From positions 1 to 58,851 of the forward strand of contig CAYGDG010000006.1 of assembly GCA_964348725.1 (NCBI GenBank): a DNA stretch of 58,851 bases, written 5' to 3'. The notes under the pieces are model-generated. The model saw only the letters and a program-made list of their open reading frames with translations, was not told the origin of the DNA and ran no database searches. Origin of the DNA: an uncultured Candidatus Saccharibacteria bacterium. Its GTDB lineage: Bacteria > Patescibacteriota > Minisyncoccia > Phycocordibacterales > UBA9973. The first letter of the stretch is position 1, and every line of letters begins with the position of its first letter. Position numbers and translations under genes: made by a program. Below are positions 36,482-45,697 of the stretch, in pieces.

Positions 36482-36996
36482 AACGAAGAACTATCGCGGT
36501 GAACGACAAGATGCAGAAAGGCTATGCGTATGCACTGTCCGAACCAGCAGGCAAGAATTTTGATCCGGAATTCAAACCGCAGCTTGCGCCGAAGCAGATG
36601 CTCGCGCTCGGCGTATTCGGCGGCGTCTATATGCGCGATTGTGCTTCCGAATTTCCCAAGGATTGGTTCGCGCATGCGAAATTCCAGAAAGCCGGAAGTT
36701 ATGAGCATGACCCGAAGCTGAACTATTTCGGTGCTAATGCTTCTCAGCCATTATCAGTTTGGAAAAAGAAAGGCTGGATTTATCCAGATGATCCGCGAGG
36801 ATGGTTCCAATGGTATTGCCGATATTATATGGGCAGGCGAATAGAAGACGAAGACAAAAAACAGATACGGCGATGGAAAGCGATGCAAAGGCATATCGCG
36901 CAAGTGAAGAAAAATTGCAAAGCAGGGGATCATGACTGCCGTCCGAAGCAAAGGCAAGCGATACTACACTGGGCATACGATAGCAGGGCCTTGTGA
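36478..36996 (+). CDS. conserved hypothetical protein (DPRGWFQWYCRYY family), copy 1
   Basis: PKQMLALGVFGG, DPRGWFQWYCRYYMGRR, RQAILHWAYD; paralog at 49103. Confidence 0.85.
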   Translation: MKRRTIAVNDKMQKGYAYALSEPAGKNFDPEFKPQLAPKQMLALGVFGGVYMRDCASEFPKDWFAHAKFQKAGSYEHDPKLNYFGANASQPLSVWKKKGWIYPDDPRGWFQWYCRYYMGRRIEDEDKKQIRRWKAMQRHIAQVKKNCKAGDHDCRPKQRQAILHWAYDSRAL

Positions 36997-37012
36997 GCCG
37001 CATATGCGAGAA

Positions 37013-37046
37013 AATAAAAAATCCGCGAATTCGCGGATTTTTTATT
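37013..37046. terminator. bidirectional terminator, 34-bp perfect palindrome
   Basis: AATAAAAAATCCGCGAA|TTCGCGGATTTTTTATT between convergent genes. Confidence 0.8.
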
Positions 37047-37060
37047 GCCAGAAAGCGAGA

Positions 37061-37267
37061 TTACTTCTTCATCAGACTTGCGCAGGTGAAGGCCACATAG
37101 ACCGCGGCGAGACCTACCAATGCGTACACCACGCGGGAAAGACCGGACATATCGCCAAAGATGGAGGCGACCAGGTCAAATTTCAAAATGCCGACCAAGC
37201 CCCAGTTCAAGCCGCCGACGATGACGAGGATGAGCGCGAGCCAGTCAATCATGTTCAATTTATTCAT
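37061..37267 (-). CDS. DUF378 family small membrane protein
   Basis: LVIVGGLNWGLVG, DLVASIFG, VYALVGLAA; start at ATG 37267. Confidence 0.9.
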   Translation of the reverse strand: MNKLNMIDWLALILVIVGGLNWGLVGILKFDLVASIFGDMSGLSRVVYALVGLAAVYVAFTCASLMKK

Positions 37268-37396
37268 ATATATTTTTGAAAAATTATTTGTAATCTCGAC
37301 CTGTGCATAGCAAAAAAAGTGCGGCACCGGGGGAATTATAATACGAACCAGATAAAGAAAAGATAAAGTTCCGCTATGCTATAATTAATTACGAGA

Positions 37397-37654
37397 ATGA
37401 AAAACTTTGCAAAAAACCTTCCCAATGGTACCGTCCATAAACTTCCGCCAGATCTGAAGCAGGCGATTATTTCTATTCCGAAAGTGCTTGCACTTTGGCA
37501 GGACATCACCCCGCTCGCGAGGAATGAATGGATCTGCTGGGTCATTTCCGGCAAAAGGGAAGAGACGCGCGGCATACGCATAGAGAAAGCACTTTCAAAA
37601 ATGAAGGGCGGCATGCGCCGGCCTTGTTGCTGGGCTGGGTGTACGCATCGCTAA
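37397..37654 (+). CDS. YdeI/OmpD-associated family protein
   Basis: LPPDL, TPLARNEWICWV, ETR, RRPCCWAGC. Confidence 0.85.
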   Translation: MKNFAKNLPNGTVHKLPPDLKQAIISIPKVLALWQDITPLARNEWICWVISGKREETRGIRIEKALSKMKGGMRRPCCWAGCTHR

Positions 37655-37660
37655 GTACTG

Positions 37661-37689
37661 TTGACAAATAACTTAAAAGGTGCTATACT
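37661..37689 (+). promoter_or_regulatory. near-consensus sigma70 promoter
   Basis: TTGACA-17 bp-(TGc)TATACT. Confidence 0.8.
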
Positions 37690-37735
37690 TGCACCGGATC
37701 TAAAAACAAAATATTAACCAACAAAACCTTTATTT

Positions 37736-38092
37736 ATGAGCAGTAAAAGTTCTTTACAATGGACGAGCGATAAAAAGCGCGTCGCAATCATTCTGGCGAA
37801 CGGGGCAAAAACCCCTTACGCAATTTCCAAAACACTTTTCCTTCAGAACCTTAGAAAACTACTGGAAATAGGGCATGTTTCAGAGGAGGAAGGAATTTCT
37901 CTGATACAGGAAGCATTCGTATCCGCGGAGTTACCCACTTCTATGGAAGGAGATTTTAAATCTGATTTACTTCGCCTCTATGCGGTAGAAGCGCAAAGAT
38001 TGCAGAAACTTTTTTCTATAACAAAGACTTCGGTTGTGGAAACATCCGCTGCTGAATCAAATTTGCCGGTCGGAAAACAAGCGTTTTCTTGA
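37736..38092 (+). CDS. hypothetical protein
   Basis: 118-aa ORF with own promoter and downstream hairpin terminator (about 38105-38146). Confidence 0.7.
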   Translation: MSSKSSLQWTSDKKRVAIILANGAKTPYAISKTLFLQNLRKLLEIGHVSEEEGISLIQEAFVSAELPTSMEGDFKSDLLRLYAVEAQRLQKLFSITKTSVVETSAAESNLPVGKQAFS

Positions 38093-38170
38093 AAAATTTA
38101 GGTTAAAAAAGATCCCTGCGTGCATTTTTGCACCAGGGATTTTTTAGTGCCATTATGCTATATTTGTGGC

Positions 38171-38707
38171 ATGGACGACCTAGTAGATATCGTGGATGAA
38201 CATGACGAAGTCATAGGCACGGAAACCCGCGGGAAAGTGCATATGGCAGGCCTGCTTCACCGCGAAATCAATATCTTTTTTATGACCCCGCGCGGCGAGC
38301 TCATTTTCCAGCGTCGCTCCATGGCAAAGGATTCTAATCCAGGCTTGCTGTGTACCGCAGTGTCCGGGCATGTGGATGCCGGCATGAAGTATGAGGATAC
38401 GGCAGTAAAAGAAATGGAGGAAGAAACGGGCATCAAAGAAAATATTGAAAATCTGATATTTCTGAAAAAATTGAAAGTGAATTTTGACGGCGGTGTGCTG
38501 GGTACGAAGAATCATGCTTTCAAAAAAGTATACGCGTATATTTTCCGGGGCGATATCCGTGACTTGCGCGTGGAGCCGGGAGAAGGGGCAGGCTTTGAAG
38601 CTTGTATGATAGATGACTTTTTGAATATGGATGATGAGCAAAGAAAAAAATTCACCCCGACCTTACGCACGAAAGAATTCATAGAGATAGTGAGGGAAAT
38701 GATCTAA
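38171..38707 (+). CDS. NUDIX hydrolase (IDI/YfcD-like)
   Basis: DIVDEHD, GLLHR, QRRSMAKD, SGHVDAG...KEMEEETG; start at ATG 38171. Confidence 0.88.
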   Translation: MDDLVDIVDEHDEVIGTETRGKVHMAGLLHREINIFFMTPRGELIFQRRSMAKDSNPGLLCTAVSGHVDAGMKYEDTAVKEMEEETGIKENIENLIFLKKLKVNFDGGVLGTKNHAFKKVYAYIFRGDIRDLRVEPGEGAGFEACMIDDFLNMDDEQRKKFTPTLRTKEFIEIVREMI

Positions 38708-38722
38708 ATATTAAAAAAATTT

Positions 38723-39007
38723 ATAAAAACAAAAAATTTTAAAATTAAAGCGAACGTATGGATATGGCCGGGGGATATGGGCTGGCATTTTGTGAATTTG
38801 GAAAAAAGTTTGTCAGCAAAGATTCGCGCAGTGTATCCGAGAGGTTTTGTAAAAATACAAGCAACATGCGGAAAAAGCGAATGGAAAACGTCGCTTTTTC
38901 CGCACACTCGCGAAGGCCTGTATCTGCTCGCTATCAAAAAATCTATCCGCACAAAAGAAGGTATTTTTGCGGGGGATATGGTGCATATACGAATCAAGAT
39001 ACTATAG
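38723..39007 (+). CDS. DUF1905-like protein (start uncertain)
   Basis: FKIKANVWIWPGDMGWHFV, WKTSLFP, YLLAIKKSIRTKEG; first ATG 38777 lies inside the domain. Confidence 0.7.
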   Translation: MKTKNFKIKANVWIWPGDMGWHFVNLEKSLSAKIRAVYPRGFVKIQATCGKSEWKTSLFPHTREGLYLLAIKKSIRTKEGIFAGDMVHIRIKIL

Positions 39008-39046
39008 ATACTGAGATTATTCAAGATAATACGCTATAATACAAAC

Positions 39047-39337
39047 ATGGAAAAAGATATTGAAAACGATCCGCACGCAGGCCATTCAAAATGGCGCGAG
39101 CGAAAAGAAGAAGTACAGCGTGAAGTGCGGGCAAAGACCGTCGGCTATTTGCTGACAGCGCTCGGCCTGGTGGCGGGCCTCGCTTGGAATGAAGCCATCA
39201 CGGAGGCGATCAAGCAGGCTTTTCCTTTCGGTGCGGATAGCATTTGGGCAAAATTTATTTACGCGGCCGTCATCACGCTCTTTGTCGTCATTGTGAGCTT
39301 ATATCTCGGCAAGTTGCTCGGGGCAAAAGAAAAATAA
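39047..39337 (+). CDS. DUF5654-like small membrane protein
   Basis: ALGLVAGLAWNEAI, KFIYA. Confidence 0.8.
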   Translation: MEKDIENDPHAGHSKWRERKEEVQREVRAKTVGYLLTALGLVAGLAWNEAITEAIKQAFPFGADSIWAKFIYAAVITLFVVIVSLYLGKLLGAKEK

Positions 39338-39354
39338 TATCTCAGGTGCTGTCT

Positions 39355-39891
39355 TTACTCTGTCGCGATAGTTATTTTTCCAGCAAGGAGACGTTTTAAT
39401 TTGCGGCGGTTCTCAGTGAAAGGCCACCAGTCATAGAGCAATATTTCCACCGGGCGCCACATGGCCACCCAGCCGATGATCAGGAAGCCTTCACGGAAAG
39501 CATGCTCAAATATGCCAAGATGAAAAAAGCTCGTCGCTTGTGAGAGAAAAATAAAAAGAGCGAGTGTGACGAGCCCGATGCCGAGCGATGCGCGGCCGAG
39601 GCGGAAATTTTCTTTGAGCTTTCGGCGCAGGTATTGCCGGCGTTCCACGATGCGCTGGCGGAGCGCGGTGATCACTTCTTCTTTTGGTACGGTACCGAGT
39701 GCGCCCCCTTGCGCTTCCAGATTGAGCGCGATGGGTCCGGTGCCACTTTTTTCTTCAAGAAGTTCATGGATATATTCCAGCCACGCGGGATTGAGCTGCC
39801 GCATAGAGATGGGCTCCGGATCACCAGCGTCAAATATCTGGTCAATGGATTTTATTTTGAGGTGTATCATGTCGCGGTGATGATGTTCCAT
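39355..39891 (-). CDS. hypothetical membrane protein
   Basis: QIFDAGDP, EGFLIIGWVAMWRPVEILLYDWWP; start placed at ATG 39891 by the upstream -10 element. Confidence 0.8.
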   Translation of the reverse strand: MEHHHRDMIHLKIKSIDQIFDAGDPEPISMRQLNPAWLEYIHELLEEKSGTGPIALNLEAQGGALGTVPKEEVITALRQRIVERRQYLRRKLKENFRLGRASLGIGLVTLALFIFLSQATSFFHLGIFEHAFREGFLIIGWVAMWRPVEILLYDWWPFTENRRKLKRLLAGKITIATE

Positions 39892-39980
39892 ACGGGGTAG
39901 TATAGCATGAGACAATACATATGGTATACTTTCTATGTCGTCATACTATGCATAGTATATATAATTAATAAAAATAATAT

Positions 39981-40409
39981 ATGGAAAATAATAATAAGAA
40001 AAGTAATAAGGTATGTATGGTCGTCGGACTCATCATTCTCGCAGGTATTGCCGTATTTGTATTTACAAATCAGAAGTCACAAGTACCGGAAGTCCCCGTG
40101 CCGCTTGAGCAGGCGGCTGGTGTTGCTCCGACTGTCAAAGAATTCACTGTCAGCGGTACTAATTTTGCTTTTGAACCGTCCACGATCACAGTGAATAAAG
40201 GAGACAATGTCCGCATCGTTTTTAAGAACACGCAAGGTTTTCATGACTGGAAGATAGATGAATTCGGCGCGGCCACAAAGCAGACTGGCGCTCCTACCGA
40301 AGAAGTGCTTGAATTCGTCGCTGATAAGGCCGGCACTTTTGAATATTATTGTTCTGTCGGCCAGCACCGGGCGATGGGCATGAAAGGTACACTCGTCGTC
40401 TCTGAATAA
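39981..40409 (+). CDS. membrane-anchored cupredoxin (blue-copper) domain protein
   Basis: FEPSTITV, H, YYCSVGQHRAMGMKG. Confidence 0.9.
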   Translation: MENNNKKSNKVCMVVGLIILAGIAVFVFTNQKSQVPEVPVPLEQAAGVAPTVKEFTVSGTNFAFEPSTITVNKGDNVRIVFKNTQGFHDWKIDEFGAATKQTGAPTEEVLEFVADKAGTFEYYCSVGQHRAMGMKGTLVVSE

Positions 40410-40420
40410 TTCTGAATCAT

Positions 40421-40810
40421 ATGGATACTGAAGCACAGGCAAAAGAAAAAATGCAGTGGGAAGAAATAAAAAAACAAGCGCGCGTCTTGCACGCATTTCG
40501 CGGTGTGCGCATATTTTTTGCCGCTACGAGGCATTTATACTTTCATATAGCTGCCGCTCTCGGTGCTGTGTTACTCGGGCTATATGTCGACCTTGTTCCG
40601 CTTGAATGGGTAGCCATCGTCTTTGCCATCGGATTAGTATTTTGCGCGGAGTGCTTTAATACTGCCATAGAAATAGACATAGATCTTACCAGTCCGGAAT
40701 ATCATCCGTACGCGCGGGATACGAAAGACGTCGCCGCCGGCACGGTACTCATCGCAGGATTTATATCGCTCATCGTCGGATGTATTATTTTTATTCCTAA
40801 ATTTTTGTAA
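40421..40810 (+). CDS. dgkA: DgkA family diacylglycerol/undecaprenol kinase
   Basis: AFRG, AECFNTAIE, KDVAAG. Confidence 0.9.
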   Translation: MDTEAQAKEKMQWEEIKKQARVLHAFRGVRIFFAATRHLYFHIAAALGAVLLGLYVDLVPLEWVAIVFAIGLVFCAECFNTAIEIDIDLTSPEYHPYARDTKDVAAGTVLIAGFISLIVGCIIFIPKFL

Positions 40811-40811
40811 C

Positions 40812-41162
40812 ATGCATGCACTCAACAGAGAAACAATTTTAGCGGTCATCCTCGGCTTCGTCGCCGTGTGGTTCGGTATTCAGGAGATATTGCATCCCGC
40901 GAGCTGGACGGCTTTCGTACCGAAATTCGCCACTACCATCGCGCCCGCCATATCGCTCGTCATCATCCATGGCGTCGTATTGTGCCTTGCCGGTCTCGCT
41001 ATGGGTTTTAATTTTTACCGCCGCATCGCCGCCACAATATTTGCCCTCATGCTGGCGCATATTATTTTTATTCTTGTCTCCGGCTCGCATGGCTTGGATG
41101 AAATATCCGTTCGCGACATCGGCCTCCTTGGTGGCGCGTTATCTCTGGCGTGGAGAAGCTAA
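40812..41162 (+). CDS. DoxX-like membrane protein
   Basis: VWFG, W...P, VRDIGL; four TM. Confidence 0.7.
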   Translation: MHALNRETILAVILGFVAVWFGIQEILHPASWTAFVPKFATTIAPAISLVIIHGVVLCLAGLAMGFNFYRRIAATIFALMLAHIIFILVSGSHGLDEISVRDIGLLGGALSLAWRS

Positions 41163-41197
41163 TTGCCGGCTTTTATTAATGTGCTACTATTAAAGAT

Positions 41198-41581
41198 ATG
41201 AAACAATCAACCATATTCATCGCAGTCATCGGCGTGCTCATATTGGGCGGCCTTATTACCGTATTCACTGCCAGCCCCGCAGAGCTGACTACGGACAAAT
41301 ATGTAGGCCTTGCACAGTGTCTGAAGGACAAAGGCGCGGTATTCTATGGCGCATTTTGGTGCCAGCATTGTAAGGCACAGAAAAAGATGTTTAGCGCCGC
41401 CGTGTCCTCATTGCCGTATGTGGAGTGCTCCACACCGGACGGCAACGCGCAGACAGCCATCTGCATAGAAAAGAAAATAGAAAGCTATCCTACCTGGGAA
41501 TTCGCTGATAGTACGCGCTTGACGGGGGAGATCCCGCTCGCTACGCTCGCTGACAAGACCGGCTGCACCTTGCCTCTCTAG
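41198..41581 (+). CDS. thioredoxin/glutaredoxin-like protein
   Basis: FYGAFWCQHC, YVEC, YPTW. Confidence 0.85.
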   Translation: MKQSTIFIAVIGVLILGGLITVFTASPAELTTDKYVGLAQCLKDKGAVFYGAFWCQHCKAQKKMFSAAVSSLPYVECSTPDGNAQTAICIEKKIESYPTWEFADSTRLTGEIPLATLADKTGCTLPL

Positions 41582-41590
41582 ACTACATAT

Positions 41591-42145
41591 ATGAGCTACG
41601 AAGCTACTCACTATCTGAATATGTTTCTTGGTGCCGGAGCGATACTCCTGCAAGTACTTTCCGTCGCCGTGCTCCTGGCTCTCTGTTTCGGGCCGAAGAA
41701 AAATAAGATCGTCGCGTATGCGGATCAGCATTTCTTGCCGATCGGATTTGCCATAGCTTTTTTCTCTTCGCTTTTTTCCTTAGTCTATTCCGAGATCATC
41801 GGTTTCCTGCCGTGCTATCTATGTTGGTACCAGCGTGTCTTCCTTTTTCCGCTCGTATTCATGTTTGGAACCGCGCTGTGGGACAAAGACAGAAAAATCA
41901 TCCGCTACGCCCTGCCCCTTATTATTGTCGGCTTCGTAATTTCAGTGTATCAAAATCTCGGCTATTATTTCGGCGGGGAAAGCAATGCCCCGTGCGATGC
42001 ATCCGGCATCTCTTGCTACCAGCAGCTCGTATCTGAATTCGGGGGCTATATCTCAATACCGATGCTCTCGCTGACCGTGTACTTTGCTCTGCTTGTCTTG
42101 TGTCTCGCGGTTCATTTCCACACCCGCCGTCTTGCGAAAAATTAA
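41591..42145 (+). CDS. DsbB/BdbC family disulfide bond formation protein
   Basis: PCYLCWYQR, second Cys pair, ISIPM. Confidence 0.88.
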   Translation: MSYEATHYLNMFLGAGAILLQVLSVAVLLALCFGPKKNKIVAYADQHFLPIGFAIAFFSSLFSLVYSEIIGFLPCYLCWYQRVFLFPLVFMFGTALWDKDRKIIRYALPLIIVGFVISVYQNLGYYFGGESNAPCDASGISCYQQLVSEFGGYISIPMLSLTVYFALLVLCLAVHFHTRRLAKN

Positions 42146-42166
42146 ACCCCTGCTATACTTTCGGCA

Positions 42167-45100
42167 ATGAGGATTACTCTAAAAAGTCCCGCGGTATTTT
42201 CCGCCGGGACTTTTCTCATCTCGGCCCTTTTGGCGTGTTTCCTATTTTCTCCATTTAAAGCCAGTGCGGATACCATCATTACTGATGACATCACTGCCGA
42301 TACTACATGGGATGCGGCTGGCAGCCCGTATATCGTGCAGAATAATATCTCAATCTCACCTGGAGCCACGCTCAGTGTTGAACCAGGTGTCATCGTAAAG
42401 CTGGATAATTTTTATAATGCTACAACGAATCCGGACAATATTGCGATAGATGTTTTTGGAAATTTAGACATTCAAGGTATCGCCGGCAGTGGAGTAATTT
42501 TTACATATACCACTTGGTGGAGCGGGCAAGCTCAGCGCTGGGGCACCATCCGCGTAAATTCTGGCGCGGTGGTTTCCGCTGAACACGCGCATTTTGAATA
42601 TTCGGGGAATATGGGCAGTATCGTGAATGGAAATGCATTTCCCGCATTCCAGAATCGCGGCACCCTGACCGTCACTGAAAGCGATTTCTCTAATACCCAT
42701 GTGCCTATCCTGCAGGACGACGCGGGGGCGGTATTTTCCGGCACGGATATTTATTTTAACGGGGACGATTATTCTCAATTTCTGAAGGTGTCGGCAGGGG
42801 ATGTATCCGTCTCTCACAGTACATTTGCGAACGGGGGACTGCCATTCCAGATTTCCGGCACGCCTGATTTTTCTTTCATGGACAATACGCTGGACCATAT
42901 TTACTGGCCCGGATACATGGATGCCGCATCCGTGCCCACGTTCACACATTCCGGAAATACGTTCTTGAACAACTCCGGTAATTTTATCCTGCTCTCTGGC
43001 GAGCTTTCCGAAGACCTTATTTTTGACTCCGCTTCCGAAATGCCGTTCGCTGTAAAGGACCTCATCGTGCCCGTCGGACGCACGCTCACGATTCCCTCCG
43101 GTTTTGTCCTTAAATTTTATCCCGCGCCGGCGGTTTCCGCGGGGCGCCTTACCGTGAGCGGCACGCTTATAGCGCAAGGCACGGCGGCCGAGCCGATCTA
43201 TTTCACCCGTCTCACGGATGATGCCGCAGGCGGCGCGACCGACGGATATTATTTCAATTTTTCCTCACATCCGTATTGGGCGCATATAGATTTCGCGGCT
43301 GGAAGCACGGGCGACATCTCGCACGCGATTTTCCGCGACTGCGATGCGGATAATTACTGCATCGCGAACAACGGCGACCTTTCGTTTTCTCACATAGAAA
43401 TAAAAGATCTGTATGGATACGCGCTCATCCAGGGCGCCGTCGGAAATATGGACATAGAATATGCCAATATTCATCACAACAACGGCGGCATTTCTGCGGG
43501 CGGCCCCGTATCCGTCCACAATAGTGCTATCTATGCGAATACCAGTGTCAGCGCATGGAATTCGTACGTCCGAAATGGCATCCGCAATGAATCACCCCTG
43601 GTCACAATAGACGCCACCGGCAACTGGTGGGGAAATCCTGCCGGACCGTTTACCGATTTTCACGCAGATATAAACGACATCGGTGAAAGCGTGCACGGTC
43701 TCGTGAATTTTGCCGACAATTGCGCCGACGCCGCCTGCACCCCGCAACCTCCGCCTCCTCCTGCGCATGATCCAGTCATTTTGATTCCGGGGATTATTGG
43801 TAGCCAGCTTTTTAAAAATTACGATGATAATACTGAAATTTGGCCGGCCGCGAGTAAGTTAGCATTATCACTTACAGATTCTTTCATTGAAGACCTTGCT
43901 TTAAATGTAAATGGTACTGAAAATTCAGAAAAACCAATGATTTTAGGAGATATTATAAGAAGTGCCACTGCTACTATCGCAGGTATAAATATTACATCAC
44001 ATATTTTTGATTTTCTAATTCAAGAGTTAGTAAATAATGGGTATAGTGAAAATACTGATTTATTTGTCTTTGCATATGACTGGAGAAAAAGTACTTCCGA
44101 TAATGCAGTTTTGTTAAAAAATAAAATAGATGAAGTTCTTGCTGTATCTGGAAGCCTACAAGTGGACCTAGTTGCTCACTCAATGGGTGGCTTACTTGCA
44201 AAAAAATATATTGCTGATGAGGGAAGTAGTAAAGTAGATCAGTTAATTTTTGTAGGCACTCCGCATCTTGGAGCACCTAAAGCTTTCAAAGCTTTAATGT
44301 ATGGCGACAATATGGGCTTTCCTTCGTTCGGCCCGCTCCAGGTTTTATCTCCGGATAAAGTAAAGCTTATCTCTCAGAACATGCCCTCAGTTTATGAACT
44401 TTTGCCAAGTAAAAAATATATAAATAATCATGGAAATTATCTTACGAATAATACAATTGTGCCGCAGATCGGTTTGAATTACGAAGCAACCAAAGAATTT
44501 ATGATATTAAAAGGAAGAAATCCTATTATGTTTCCTATTGCCGAAGCAGCGCATGATGATATTGATAATTTAGATTTATCAAATATAGAGACTTATAACT
44601 TTATAGGCTGTGGTACTAAAACAATTGGCACAATCATTTCTTCTACTAAACATTCGTGGCGTGGGAATATTGTATCTAATGTAGATGATTTAATAATGAC
44701 ATATATAAGTGGAGATGAAACAGTTCCTATAATATCTTCGGATAGTATAAATACAGTTAATAAATATTATATTGATGGAATAACACATGCAAAATTGCCC
44801 TCAGGTGATGGAGTAAAGGAAGCAATTGTAGCAATATTAACCGGTGAAACTATTCCTGCCTCGCCGCACCTTGTTTCAGATGTTTCTGCTTGTAAAAAAG
44901 TAGGCAAAGTAGTATCTACTCATAGTCCCGTGACATTACATATTTACGACGAAGCGAACAATCACACCGGACCGAATGCGGACGGGGATGTAGAATACGG
45001 TATAGATGGCGTGCAATATGATATCGTGGAAGGTGAGAATTACGCTTTCCTACCAGATGGCGTGAATTACAAAGTAGTCACGCACGCCACTGATACCGGC

Positions 45101-45688
45101 GGGTATAATTTCTTAATAGAAGATCAGGATGAAAATGATGTCATTACGAACACATATGCTTGGACGCTCATTCCTCTTGCCACTTTGCAGGCGAGGGGAG
45201 AGATATGGGTGGGCCCGGATCATCCTGTTGTCGATTATGCAGTTGATATGGATGATGATGGTGACAATGATACCGATGCTGTGTATCCGCTTAATTTTGA
45301 CGGCACCAGTCTTGCCGAAGCCGCCACCAATCCACCGCAAAGTACTGGTGGCGGAGGTGTAGTGTTTTTACCAAGTGTAAGTCAGCAAACTCGTATTGCT
45401 GTACCAGAAGAGCATCCAGCTGAAATAAGAGACATTACAATAGATCCCCTAAAACTGGCTTTAACCTTTCCCACTACAATACCCTCATCCAAGGCTACGC
45501 TAAATTTGCCTAAATCTAAGCCTATAAGCGTGCAATCTGAGCCGATAGAGAAAGTCCTTAAAATAGAAAGTAATACCCTTACCGCTTCCGCTGGCGATGT
45601 TCCCACAAATACAAGAAAATATTGGATTTTTGCCTGCATTGGAATATTTGGAATTTTATTAGTAGCTAAAAGATTTATTAAAAGTTAA
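42167..45688 (+). CDS. large surface protein: beta-helix-like N-half, Pro linker, alpha/beta-hydrolase (LCAT/lipase-like) domain, C-terminal TM anchor
   Basis: Signal peptide; TTWDAAGSPY, ATGNWWG; PVILIPGIIGS, YDWR, AHSMGG, GTPHLG, GDETVP; terminal TM plus KRFIKS. Confidence 0.85.
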   Translation: MRITLKSPAVFSAGTFLISALLACFLFSPFKASADTIITDDITADTTWDAAGSPYIVQNNISISPGATLSVEPGVIVKLDNFYNATTNPDNIAIDVFGNLDIQGIAGSGVIFTYTTWWSGQAQRWGTIRVNSGAVVSAEHAHFEYSGNMGSIVNGNAFPAFQNRGTLTVTESDFSNTHVPILQDDAGAVFSGTDIYFNGDDYSQFLKVSAGDVSVSHSTFANGGLPFQISGTPDFSFMDNTLDHIYWPGYMDAASVPTFTHSGNTFLNNSGNFILLSGELSEDLIFDSASEMPFAVKDLIVPVGRTLTIPSGFVLKFYPAPAVSAGRLTVSGTLIAQGTAAEPIYFTRLTDDAAGGATDGYYFNFSSHPYWAHIDFAAGSTGDISHAIFRDCDADNYCIANNGDLSFSHIEIKDLYGYALIQGAVGNMDIEYANIHHNNGGISAGGPVSVHNSAIYANTSVSAWNSYVRNGIRNESPLVTIDATGNWWGNPAGPFTDFHADINDIGESVHGLVNFADNCADAACTPQPPPPPAHDPVILIPGIIGSQLFKNYDDNTEIWPAASKLALSLTDSFIEDLALNVNGTENSEKPMILGDIIRSATATIAGINITSHIFDFLIQELVNNGYSENTDLFVFAYDWRKSTSDNAVLLKNKIDEVLAVSGSLQVDLVAHSMGGLLAKKYIADEGSSKVDQLIFVGTPHLGAPKAFKALMYGDNMGFPSFGPLQVLSPDKVKLISQNMPSVYELLPSKKYINNHGNYLTNNTIVPQIGLNYEATKEFMILKGRNPIMFPIAEAAHDDIDNLDLSNIETYNFIGCGTKTIGTIISSTKHSWRGNIVSNVDDLIMTYISGDETVPIISSDSINTVNKYYIDGITHAKLPSGDGVKEAIVAILTGETIPASPHLVSDVSACKKVGKVVSTHSPVTLHIYDEANNHTGPNADGDVEYGIDGVQYDIVEGENYAFLPDGVNYKVVTHATDTGGYNFLIEDQDENDVITNTYAWTLIPLATLQARGEIWVGPDHPVVDYAVDMDDDGDNDTDAVYPLNFDGTSLAEAATNPPQSTGGGGVVFLPSVSQQTRIAVPEEHPAEIRDITIDPLKLALTFPTTIPSSKATLNLPKSKPISVQSEPIEKVLKIESNTLTASAGDVPTNTRKYWIFACIGIFGILLVAKRFIKS

Positions 45689-45697
45689 AATACATTT

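Noticed and set aside
26827..36996. Classical integron cassette array
   Set aside because: No tyrosine integrase and no RYYYAAC...GTTRRRY attC hairpins recognisable; many gaps are too short
39981..42145. Cupredoxin-dgkA-DoxX-thioredoxin-DsbB cluster as a novel respiratory system
   Set aside because: Explained by ordinary envelope disulfide and redox functions; no oxidase or cytochrome subunits present
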